Notes: generated from the letters alone by a model not told the origin. A stretch of 64,000 bases of DNA from a virus (IMGVR_UViG_3300011008_000003); one strand, 5' to 3'; counted from the stretch's first letter, positions 49,990 through 58,632 are shown. Translations and numbers: made by a program.

Positions 49990-50023
49990 AATATAGAAAA
50001 GGATTGACTCTTCGTCAACCCTT
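49990..50023 (-). promoter_or_regulatory. Fused terminator / early promoter
   Basis: AAGGGTTGAC-GAAGA-GTCAATCCTTTTC-TATATT. Confidence 0.85.
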
Positions 50024-50522
50024 AAATAGCAAGTAATTCTACTTCTGTTTGTAAATCTCTTCGCCATTGATGATATTCATACGGTATGGTGTCCATTTCG
50101 TGGTTCGGTATTCCCATTGAATTATGGATTGCATCCTTCGTAATGTACGGTTCCCACTTTTGAAAATATGGAATAAATTTCAACGTCAAGTCGATAGTTT
50201 CTTTCAGCTTGTCATTTGTGAGCCAGGCAAAAAACTCCGTATCTTTATATTCAAACTGATACATTAAAACAGAATTTCTGAAAGTCTTATGTTTGACTGC
50301 ATAATCAGGCTCAACATAGTATGCACGAATATCGATTGCGTTTCTGTCTACTCTCCACTTGAAATTAATCTCGAAACATGGTCCAAGGATTTCGACAGTA
50401 TCGCTTGCTGCAGACGGATAAACACGCATATGGCTCATATAGTAAGTATTACCATAAACAGCCATAAACGTATCTTTTATACGATGTGCAAATTCTGAAA
50501 AATCAAAATAAGACATAGACAT
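50022..50522 (-). CDS. Hypothetical protein, paralog of 46605
   Basis: LMYQF....EFFAW; ends LQTEVELLAI. Confidence 0.65.
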   Translation of the reverse strand: MSMSYFDFSEFAHRIKDTFMAVYGNTYYMSHMRVYPSAASDTVEILGPCFEINFKWRVDRNAIDIRAYYVEPDYAVKHKTFRNSVLMYQFEYKDTEFFAWLTNDKLKETIDLTLKFIPYFQKWEPYITKDAIHNSMGIPNHEMDTIPYEYHQWRRDLQTEVELLAI

Positions 50523-51631
50523 TAACAGACATAGCCTTCTGCGAATTTTCCAGTAACATTATCCTTAAGGATTTTCGGAATAATGCAACCGGCCTTGGTT
50601 ATAATAACTTCATGTCCGATTTCAAGACCGAGAGCCTCGATACATGCGACATTGGCGAGGCTTGCACGCTTAACGGTAGTTCCGCAAAGTTCGCAAGGTT
50701 CGCAGATTGCGACCGGAGTAAGAGTTCCATTCCTGAGAGACCATTCAATATTGATAACTTTAGTCGTGGCAAGTTCATACTTCGGCTTCAAAGCAATGGA
50801 ATACTCAGGAAGATAATTAGTTTCCAAGTCTTCATAATCGATGTCAGAAGTCTTCCATACGATACCGTCAATATCGTAATCTCGATCCTGCTTCCAGACC
50901 TGCTCCATAAGGTCGATAGCCTTCTGACCGTTCATGGACTTAAGGTCATAAATCGTGTACTCGACAACATCGAAACCCTGTGACTTCATCCAGTCGAGCA
51001 TATCGACCTGAGTGGCGAAACGGGCATAACGATTACGGGCTTCATAAACCTTGACATTGAGCTTATCGCAGTCGGCGCCGTCGAGATGCTTCATAATACC
51101 AGAAGCTGCATTTCGACAATTCTTATACTGAGGGAAATACTGTTCACGGACAGAACGGTAAAGAAGGATTTCACCGCGAATAGTTCCAGTATACTCATCC
51201 TTGAGCTTCTTCGGAACATTTCGCATACGCTTGACGTTTTCGGTAATATCGTCACCGGTTTCACCGTCACCGCGAGTAATTGCCTGAACGAACTTACCAT
51301 TTTCATATTCAAGGGCGATAGAACAACCATCGAGCTTCAACGGGGCGACAACGTATTCATGACCAGCCATTCGACACTTGTTGAACCATGTGTCCATTTC
51401 AGGAGCCGTATTGGCCTTATTCTGAGAACCCATGATAATCGAGTGCTTTGCCTTGGCAAAACCGTCGGTATGATCCGAACCGACAACCTTGAGAAGTTCG
51501 GAATCCGGATATTTGGTTTTCAGTTCGTCCCAGAGTGCATCGAATTCGATGTCGCTCATGATAGGAGAGTCAGAGTTATAATAGGCATCCTGTGCCTGAC
51601 GGAGTTTTGCTTCAAGTTCGTTCTTATTCAT
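50522..51631 (-). CDS. ligA: NAD-dependent DNA ligase, C-terminally truncated (Ia + adenylation + OB only)
   Basis: YY..P..SD.EFD, KLDG, TRGDGETGDDIT, RGE, RNAASG, DGIVWK, GTLTPVA, RASLAN, KAGCIIP; no Zn/HhH/BRCT. Confidence 0.85.
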   Translation of the reverse strand: MNKNELEAKLRQAQDAYYNSDSPIMSDIEFDALWDELKTKYPDSELLKVVGSDHTDGFAKAKHSIIMGSQNKANTAPEMDTWFNKCRMAGHEYVVAPLKLDGCSIALEYENGKFVQAITRGDGETGDDITENVKRMRNVPKKLKDEYTGTIRGEILLYRSVREQYFPQYKNCRNAASGIMKHLDGADCDKLNVKVYEARNRYARFATQVDMLDWMKSQGFDVVEYTIYDLKSMNGQKAIDLMEQVWKQDRDYDIDGIVWKTSDIDYEDLETNYLPEYSIALKPKYELATTKVINIEWSLRNGTLTPVAICEPCELCGTTVKRASLANVACIEALGLEIGHEVIITKAGCIIPKILKDNVTGKFAEGYVC

Positions 51632-51637
51632 GTCATT

Positions 51638-51673
51638 AATATAGCAAAAACTAGAGGACTTGTCAACCCTCTA
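51638..51673 (-). promoter_or_regulatory. Fused terminator / early promoter (variant stem)
   Basis: TAGAGG-GTTGACAAGT-CCTCTAGTTTTTGC-TATATT; ATG 6 nt downstream. Confidence 0.8.
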
Positions 51674-54097
51674 AATCAGAAATAGCCCCAACAGATTCGC
51701 AATAATTCAGAGTAGCGGCGTCAAAAGCTCGCATCTTAGTTCCGTTGATTTCTATTTCCGCATTTTCATCAATAAAAAATTTCCTGCCTTGCGAATCCAG
51801 TGCTGCATACAATCCCAAGTTGTAAAGAATATCAGTTATTGTAGCTTCTCTACCATAAATCGTAATTTTAACATTTGTCTTTGTAGTCATATCTTTATCC
51901 ATCAAGTGCATCCAGTATATTCAATGTTCTACAGGACTGAATAAAAGCGTTCACATCGCCTTTGTTATCCATCCTGTAATCTATACCTTCCAATTCGATA
52001 ACCATATCCAGTGTAGGCAATATAATCGTATCGTCACACTCGATATAAGTAATGACTTCCAAATCTTCGTAATTATTACTGCTCGTAGAAATCTTAACTA
52101 CGTTATATTCTTCACCGTCTATCTTTATCCTAGCCATTTAAATTATCCAATGCAAGTTCTGTCATAATATTATTATAAAATAAATCTAATTCGCCGGATT
52201 TCTTAAAATCATACATTTTACCGTTATATTTGACATACCGAATATACATCGGGCTAAGCGAATAACGATTTAATGTCGTTGTTCCAGACTTCGATGCCCA
52301 TAAATATACACCATATATCCTATATTCGTTTTTCCAGGGCTCACAAGAACGTACATAGTAAGTATGGTTTTTTCCGTCTATTTTAAACCTTACCGATGTA
52401 CTCATAATTTTTCCAGTGCAAGCTCTGTCTCAATCGCGTTATAGAACATCTCGGCGTCATGTTCTTTCTTAAAATCATATGTTCTTCCGTTATACTTAAC
52501 TTCAGTAATGTCGCCGTAATCATTTATCCATGCTTGTCTAATTCCTGGAGGATCCGACTTTCCATCCCATATTGGTTTCGGATAAATACGTTTAACATTC
52601 AAACACACACCAAAAATTCTTTCAGGTCTGCCTCCGCCACCTTCGACAGAAGATGAACAGTCGAATACCTGATACAGTTTCGGAATCTTTTCGTATTTTG
52701 TTCTGAACATTACCTTAATCATAAACACTCCAAAGCCAAATCAGTCGAAAGTTTCTGATACAGGACTTCAACTTCTGTCTCATTGCACATATTGTATTGC
52801 TTGCCCTGATAGATAAGCTTATTTGCCGGCATTCCTACGCAGACCCAAATATCTTCAATCAACGGCTGAATTATTGTATTACATGTTCCCCAGACTTTTT
52901 CTGATTTTTTATGAGATGGCGGCGGAGTAAATTTTGTCTTAACCAATGCTCTAACCTTTAAGTTAACTCCTTCCAAAACATCTCTTTGTGCAGTAAATGA
53001 AAAACGTCTAATCGTATTACAGCGTAAAACTTGATAATCAGCATGATTTATTGTTACTCGTATCATTTCAAATCCTCCAATGCGACTAATGTATTGAATG
53101 TCTGAATAAACGCATCAACGTCATAGGCAGAATCCATATGGTAAACCTTTCCGTTCATTTCTATCTTTTGACTCGGGGTAATTACAATAAAACCAAATGT
53201 CCCACGTTTGGTAGCATAAACTATAGAATTAATTTTGTTTGACGGACAATTTTCAATATCAGAGAAAAAACTTTCATCCGACATATTAATACTTTTAGCA
53301 TTATATACTATATCATAAATTTTAATCGGTATCATATCTGGTCCAACAAGTACAAAAGTTTACAATGTTCTTCAAATTTAATATTATCCCATTCATCGGC
53401 TATATTATATTCGACATTATCCATTTTTATAACGGATTTTTCAATGCCAAGCAAATGAGTAGAGTCAGCTGTTTCGCTCACTTTATAAACTATGCCTGTT
53501 ACATGCTTTCCGTTAAACGACTTAAGCAATTTCGTAACATAGACAGTTCTCCAGAAGTTATCCTTATTCCGTTTCAGTTCCATTTTAATCATAGACTATC
53601 CAGTGCCTGTACTGTCAAAAACGTGTTTTCAAACATCTCATTTTCTGCGATATTAGCGACTCTGAACTTATAACCGTTAAATTCTACACAAGAATACTCA
53701 TTGAAACAATAAATAGAATCATCATACAGCAATACTCCGTCAACAGACTTACTGTTGAACCCTTTCAGTATCATCTTTACAAACATAAAGACTCCATCGA
53801 TTTTCATAGAGTAGAACTTATTCATCCCGCCAACTCCTCAATCGACTGAATTGTATCAAATGCCTGTTGAAGTTCTTCCTCGTCGGCAGGCATTTCAACA
53901 CCGTTAATCTTTACTTTATAAACGCCCCGTAAAGAAATCTTTGTTTCTTGTCCTTTATGATTCAATACGCAAATACTCGTAACCATATCATAGATACTGG
54001 TGCGAATATACCCAGTCGCCTTGACATTAAGCTCGTATGTATGCTTTTCATCATTAGACCGATAAATTATTGTCATCGGAATCGGATTAGAAATCAT
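51663..54097 (-). repeat. Paralog array 2: nine tandem small genes (51663-51890, 51895-52137, 52130-52405, 52402-52728, 52719-53066, 53063-53335, 53332-53592, 53589-53825, 53822-54097)
   Basis: Shared I.IDG..Y.V ... (Y/M/I)NG..Y.(M/F) ... F...T..AL(E/D).L. Confidence 0.8.
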
Positions 54098-54483
54098 ATC
54101 AATGCCCTTTCTATTTCAATTTCATTAATTTGCGAATCTAGCCAAAGTCGAGACTTCATATAATCATTGCCGAATTTCTTGTACAGGTCATATGCAAGGA
54201 TTGCCATCTCAGAATGTATAGGCGCTTTAAAATACGGATCCGAAAATGTTTTCGGCATTATGCCAGTATTCCATATTTCTTCCAATACATGTGCATAAAA
54301 TTCATTACAGCGATAATCGCTAATACAAAACTGTGCGGCAGTATTTGAAAGTACGTTCATACTAGGATCGTTATACTTATACTCGTGTCCCTGTTTCTTT
54401 TCTATTTCCAGAATATGAGCATAATAAGTATATCTTGCAAGTTGAACGACATAACGGCGAAGATCTTCTGATATTGGGTCCAT
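54094..54483 (-). CDS. Hypothetical protein (leaderless, heads array 2)
   Basis: ATG 6 nt after TATATT; ends INEIEIERALI. Confidence 0.65.
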   Translation of the reverse strand: MDPISEDLRRYVVQLARYTYYAHILEIEKKQGHEYKYNDPSMNVLSNTAAQFCISDYRCNEFYAHVLEEIWNTGIMPKTFSDPYFKAPIHSEMAILAYDLYKKFGNDYMKSRLWLDSQINEIEIERALI

Positions 54484-54489
54484 ATTCAC

Positions 54490-54523
54490 AATATAGAAAA
54501 AGGGATGACTTTCGTCAACCCTT
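54490..54523 (-). promoter_or_regulatory. Fused terminator / early promoter
   Basis: AAGGGTTGAC-GAAA-GTCATCCCTTTTTC-TATATT. Confidence 0.85.
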
Positions 54524-54875
54524 ATTTAAGTCTGTCTATTTCCTTAAGTTCATTAAACAACTGACCAAATGCGACTTGTTCATCATGGTTCCACAATCTG
54601 AACGTATGCCCGCCAAGTTCGACGACTTCTGTACGAGTTAACGGAACAAATGTCATCTGCAGTTTAGATTTACGGTTTGCACCGTATACCTTATCCTTCC
54701 GGTTTCTACTTTGAGGCGCCGGAGTATATGTAAATGGTCTTAGGAAATAAATTCCGCCAATCTGATTATAAACCCGCTGAGTAGGCCATTCAAATATTAT
54801 TTGCTTTGACCAATAGACTTTTTCAACATTATTATAAACTAGATTGTTGATTTTTACACTTACCATGGACGTCAC
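54522..54875 (-). CDS. Paralog array 2 family member
   Basis: VKINNLVY..V...VELGGHTF.L...FNELKEIDRLK. Confidence 0.65.
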   Translation of the reverse strand: MTSMVSVKINNLVYNNVEKVYWSKQIIFEWPTQRVYNQIGGIYFLRPFTYTPAPQSRNRKDKVYGANRKSKLQMTFVPLTRTEVVELGGHTFRLWNHDEQVAFGQLFNELKEIDRLK

Positions 54876-56082
54876 CCTTGTAGAGTTTCTTCAGTTCACG
54901 ATTTGTCTTCATCCAGAGATCCGGACGAACACGGTCGATAGAACCGAACTTGATAGCGTTAATAGCGATACCGACATACTGCTTGCACTTATATTCCGTC
55001 GCGACTGCTACGGCTGTCTCATAACGAGTACGAGCGTCTTCGATACCGGAAATTCGAGTTACGATACCCTTGACCTTTTCCAAGGCTTCAGCATAGTAAC
55101 GCTCAACAATTCCGACGTAATTACGCATACCAGCGAGCTCTTCCGGAATGAACTTCACATAGTCAATATCGACTACGCCAGTCATACAGTCGAAATGGTC
55201 GCGGATAGACTTGTACGTAATGCAGTTAATACGTTTAAACATCTCGATATATTCATCACCCTTGACCTTCAAACGGAACTTGACCGGATAACCGTTGATA
55301 GTATGTGCAGAATTGAAAGCCAACACATAACCTTCATAGTTAAGGTCAAGCTTCTTGGCCTGGTCCACACAGTCCTTCAGATTCTGATAACCAGTAATGA
55401 CTTCCGTTACAGGTACGCCGATTTCCTTAGCCAACTTTTCAAGGTCAGCTCGCGGATATTCAAGATGGGTCGCATAGAAAGCGCTAAGCAAAGTCAATCC
55501 TTCGTAATCGTAATGAACTACGTGAACATCGTCCTTGCTCGTAGATTCGAAACAGTATGTTTCTCCGTCAATAAGCTTGCTTGCATCTACATGGTCGTCA
55601 AACCACTTCTTAGCCCAGATTGCCTGTTCAGAATAGAAGCTGCCCGGAGTCTTCAAAATCCAGTCATCCTTATACTTGAAACAGATAATCAGAGAACCGT
55701 CAATCTTGTTAGTCGCCAAAAACGAACCGGCAATGCTCGGCTCGAATTCCTTAAAACGGCTGATAATCTTACCGGTCTCGGCATAGGTTCCGTCTTCTGC
55801 AAAGATTTCAGAATAGTTAAAGAACTTGTCGAACGGATGTGCGACAATCTTACCAGTCTTCTTTTCGAAAACGATACCGCGGCACTGCATAGTCACCTTG
55901 TCCCAGTGACCTGCATAAGTCGTAGCAAGGCTATACTTGAAACCGACCAAATCTTCAGTTTCATGCTTGGTAAGCCAGCCCTTGCGGACATAGCGATAAC
56001 ACTTCTTCATGAAAAGCCAAGACTTAAACGCCTTCCACTTTTCGCCTAAATCAAATTTGATTCTGTAGTATAAGTTAATCAT
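54832..56082 (-). CDS. RNA ligase 1 (T4 Rnl1/RnlA-like)
   Basis: QCRGIVF, PFDKFFN, motif I KIDGS, TYCFE, YEGYV, KVKGDEY. Confidence 0.85.
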   Translation of the reverse strand: MINLYYRIKFDLGEKWKAFKSWLFMKKCYRYVRKGWLTKHETEDLVGFKYSLATTYAGHWDKVTMQCRGIVFEKKTGKIVAHPFDKFFNYSEIFAEDGTYAETGKIISRFKEFEPSIAGSFLATNKIDGSLIICFKYKDDWILKTPGSFYSEQAIWAKKWFDDHVDASKLIDGETYCFESTSKDDVHVVHYDYEGLTLLSAFYATHLEYPRADLEKLAKEIGVPVTEVITGYQNLKDCVDQAKKLDLNYEGYVLAFNSAHTINGYPVKFRLKVKGDEYIEMFKRINCITYKSIRDHFDCMTGVVDIDYVKFIPEELAGMRNYVGIVERYYAEALEKVKGIVTRISGIEDARTRYETAVAVATEYKCKQYVGIAINAIKFGSIDRVRPDLWMKTNRELKKLYKGDVHGKCKNQQSSL

Positions 56083-56387
56083 AGCTCCTCTATTGCAAAT
56101 GCTTCTTCTAAAGCGTCTGCCAACATTTTTCGTTCTTCGTCTTTACTGACATTAAAAGTTAAACCGTTATAGTCTACATAATGATTCTGCATCCAACCAT
56201 GAATATTGCTTGTTCCCCAAAGGTCAATCAATTCCGGTAAATCATATTTGTTTTCTTCTGGCAACCATCGTTCGACCGATAATACTGGATGAGCCATGAA
56301 ACTATCCTTCGGAGTGAAGTCAAATCTACCGTTATGGTAAAATCCCCGAACTTTATACTTTTCATCGCTAACCTTTATCTCAATCAT
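56079..56387 (-). CDS. Paralog array 2 family member (leaderless)
   Basis: VDYNGLTFNV; ends ALEEAFAIEEL. Confidence 0.7.
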   Translation of the reverse strand: MIEIKVSDEKYKVRGFYHNGRFDFTPKDSFMAHPVLSVERWLPEENKYDLPELIDLWGTSNIHGWMQNHYVDYNGLTFNVSKDEERKMLADALEEAFAIEEL

Positions 56388-56417
56388 ACGTAAAATATAG
56401 TTAATATTCTACGGAGG

Positions 56418-56738
56418 TTAACCCTCTAAATTTTCTATCGACAATTCTGTCTTTAATGCGTCATACAGCATGGCTCGTTCCGGAGGCAAATCCATATCAT
56501 AAATTCTGCCTGCATATTCAATCGACTGCAAATCACTGTTAATAAGCTGTAACTCTTCCATACCGTAATAAGTAGTCGTTACCTGAACACCGTTTACCGT
56601 AATTACGCCGTCGACTCGCTTTGCGATAATTTCAGGAATCCATACGAAGTCATCTTTTTCTGACATGGACTCATATTGGTGCAAAAAATCCAGGACTTCA
56701 TATGTTCTTCCAGTCTTTAAAAACTTGATTACTGCCAT
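56418..56738 (-). CDS. Paralog array 2 family member
   Basis: IEYAGRIYDM; ends ALKTELSIENLEG. Confidence 0.75.
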   Translation of the reverse strand: MAVIKFLKTGRTYEVLDFLHQYESMSEKDDFVWIPEIIAKRVDGVITVNGVQVTTTYYGMEELQLINSDLQSIEYAGRIYDMDLPPERAMLYDALKTELSIENLEG

Positions 56739-56740
56739 TT

Positions 56741-57145
56741 TTACTCCAACTGGTTAATTGCCGTTACAGTATTAAAGTTATGCTCAATTATCGACATGAT
56801 ATGCCTGACATACTTATAGAAATCAGACATTTTCGGACAACGCATATCAAATTCAGGTTCCTTAATTTCAAATCTCTCATCGCCAAAGATAAGTGTATCG
56901 TTTATGAAAATATCCATACACTCATTTACTTCCTCAGCGGTACCGGTATCTTCAGAAACCATGATACACGTATACCAGATTTCGAATAACGGAACACGGT
57001 CAATAAGGCACGGATTATAACACCAATCCGAAATATCCTCATTATCTTCGCAATCGTCGACTACGCACTTGAACTTGATATTGTACGAATTGTCGATATA
57101 TTCGTACTTATTGTCTTCGCCACGTATAACCTTAATATTCCTCAT
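56741..57145 (-). CDS. Hypothetical protein (leaderless), family-type C-terminus
   Basis: Ends FNTVTAINQLE. Confidence 0.65.
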   Translation of the reverse strand: MRNIKVIRGEDNKYEYIDNSYNIKFKCVVDDCEDNEDISDWCYNPCLIDRVPLFEIWYTCIMVSEDTGTAEEVNECMDIFINDTLIFGDERFEIKEPEFDMRCPKMSDFYKYVRHIMSIIEHNFNTVTAINQLE

Positions 57146-57151
57146 ATTAAT

Positions 57152-57192
57152 AATATAGGAAAAAGACTGACTTTTGTCAAGCCAGTCTTTTC
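57152..57192 (-). promoter_or_regulatory. Fused terminator / early promoter (variant stem)
   Basis: AAAAGACTGGCTT-GACA-AAAGTCAGTCTTTTTCC-TATATT; TTGACA-17-TATATT. Confidence 0.8.
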
Positions 57193-57213
57193 AACAAATA
57201 GGTAAATTATTTT

Positions 57214-58632
57214 TTACAGAGCGCCGAGCTTCTTAAGTTCAGCAATCGTAGATTCCATAAGAGAGTCCTTGACAGGAGCAGATTTCTTAATGGTTTCAGG
57301 TTTCTTAATTGCAGATTCCTTAACAATCTTGTAACCAGCTTTTCTAGCGACACGAACTGCTTCGTTGAAATCGTCAGAATCACTAAGAGTAATATCTTCC
57401 TTGTTCTTCCAGTAATTTGCAGTTTCCTGGTCAAGCTGGTCAACAAGGAATGTCGTAACTTCGTCGAAAATCTTCTTCAAAGTACCGAGAGTATAACCGC
57501 GAGGGAATACAATCTTGAACTTGTCGTAGAATTCCTGGAGAGTACCGTCAAATGCACCCTTCTGACCGACGTGGAACTTACGGTTAAGCTGGTTCATGCA
57601 ATACTGGTAGCACTGACGGACCTGAGCCTTGTCAACCTTACCAACCTTATTCTTGTCGACAGCACCATCTTCAGCGGCAATCGCAACAATACGACGAAGA
57701 GCTGCCGCTGGAATTGCATCGAAACCGATAGAACCTCCACCGAAACTAGAACCAGAACCGCCGTTTCCACCGCCAGAAGCAACACGACGCTTTTCTTCAG
57801 CTTCAATCTGGTCGATAACCTTCGGATTATCAAGAGCTGCCATGATACGCTTCAGTTCCTTGTTGAGAGGCGGTTCTTCACCCGGAGCAAGAAGCTTACG
57901 TCCGAGCATCTTACCAACTTCCTTAGCGACATAGAAATAGAAATTATCGAAATAATACATCGCATTATCGGATTCGAGAATATCAGCAAGACGTTCGAGA
58001 GTTTCCTTAGAAAGAGTATATTCCTTTCCAGCCTTCTTAGCACGGTGCCAGTCCCAGAATTCTTCAATAGCCTGTTCCGGAGAACCTTCCCAGTTATCCA
58101 TCAAGAACGGCTTAAGAATACGAAGAACCGTTTCATAATGACGACCGAAAGCCTGTTCCGCAGTTTCACCTTTAATTGTCGAATCTTTATCCTTTACCCA
58201 ATTAACAAGCGTTTCAAAAGCAGGTTTTGATTCAATCGCAGACACTTTTTCGCGGTTGGCTTCATGTTTTGCCCTGTAATAATCCCAGAACAAATCAATA
58301 TTATTATCCACTTCATCCTTTAAACGGTCAACCTGGTCAATAACTTGATACAGGTCAATGTCATTCTTGTTAGCGACGTTGATAATAAGATATTCAAGCT
58401 GAGCCTTCTTTTTAGAATTCTTCAAGCTCGGATCGATATTGAGCTGCTTTGCAACTGTGTCCCAGTCCAAACCGTATTCTTCAATAAACTTGCTAAGCCT
58501 ATTATATGTCGGGTCTCCGTCCTTTTTAAGAAAATCGCCAAGGATAAATAAAAGATTTTCAAGAGAATTTTTACCGTGAACACGGTCAGAGGCACGAGAC
58601 ATTTCTGTCAAAACGTAGTCTTTAAATTTCAT
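57214..58632 (-). CDS. Large late protein with T4-CTS-like N-terminus and C-terminal tag (putative internal head protein)
   Basis: TATAAATA 58659-58666; MKFKDYVLTE; FNEAVRVARKAGYKIVKES; Gly-rich linker. Confidence 0.65.
   Translation of the reverse strand: MKFKDYVLTEMSRASDRVHGKNSLENLLFILGDFLKKDGDPTYNRLSKFIEEYGLDWDTVAKQLNIDPSLKNSKKKAQLEYLIINVANKNDIDLYQVIDQVDRLKDEVDNNIDLFWDYYRAKHEANREKVSAIESKPAFETLVNWVKDKDSTIKGETAEQAFGRHYETVLRILKPFLMDNWEGSPEQAIEEFWDWHRAKKAGKEYTLSKETLERLADILESDNAMYYFDNFYFYVAKEVGKMLGRKLLAPGEEPPLNKELKRIMAALDNPKVIDQIEAEEKRRVASGGGNGGSGSSFGGGSIGFDAIPAAALRRIVAIAAEDGAVDKNKVGKVDKAQVRQCYQYCMNQLNRKFHVGQKGAFDGTLQEFYDKFKIVFPRGYTLGTLKKIFDEVTTFLVDQLDQETANYWKNKEDITLSDSDDFNEAVRVARKAGYKIVKESAIKKPETIKKSAPVKDSLMESTIAELKKLGAL

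Noticed and set aside
54844-56049. Long plus-strand ORFs (54844-56049, 49071-49967, 57571-58230, 51086-51685, 35661-36266, 11-418 and others)
   Set aside because: They are antisense shadows of motif-bearing or operon-coupled minus-strand genes, with no SD, promoter or recognisable motifs
3097-57192. Recurrent GGGTTGAC...GTCAACCC palindrome as CRISPR repeat, REP or IS end
   Set aside because: Copies are kilobases apart with no spacer periodicity, no cas or transposase gene is present, and each copy is fixed 17 bp from a -10 box
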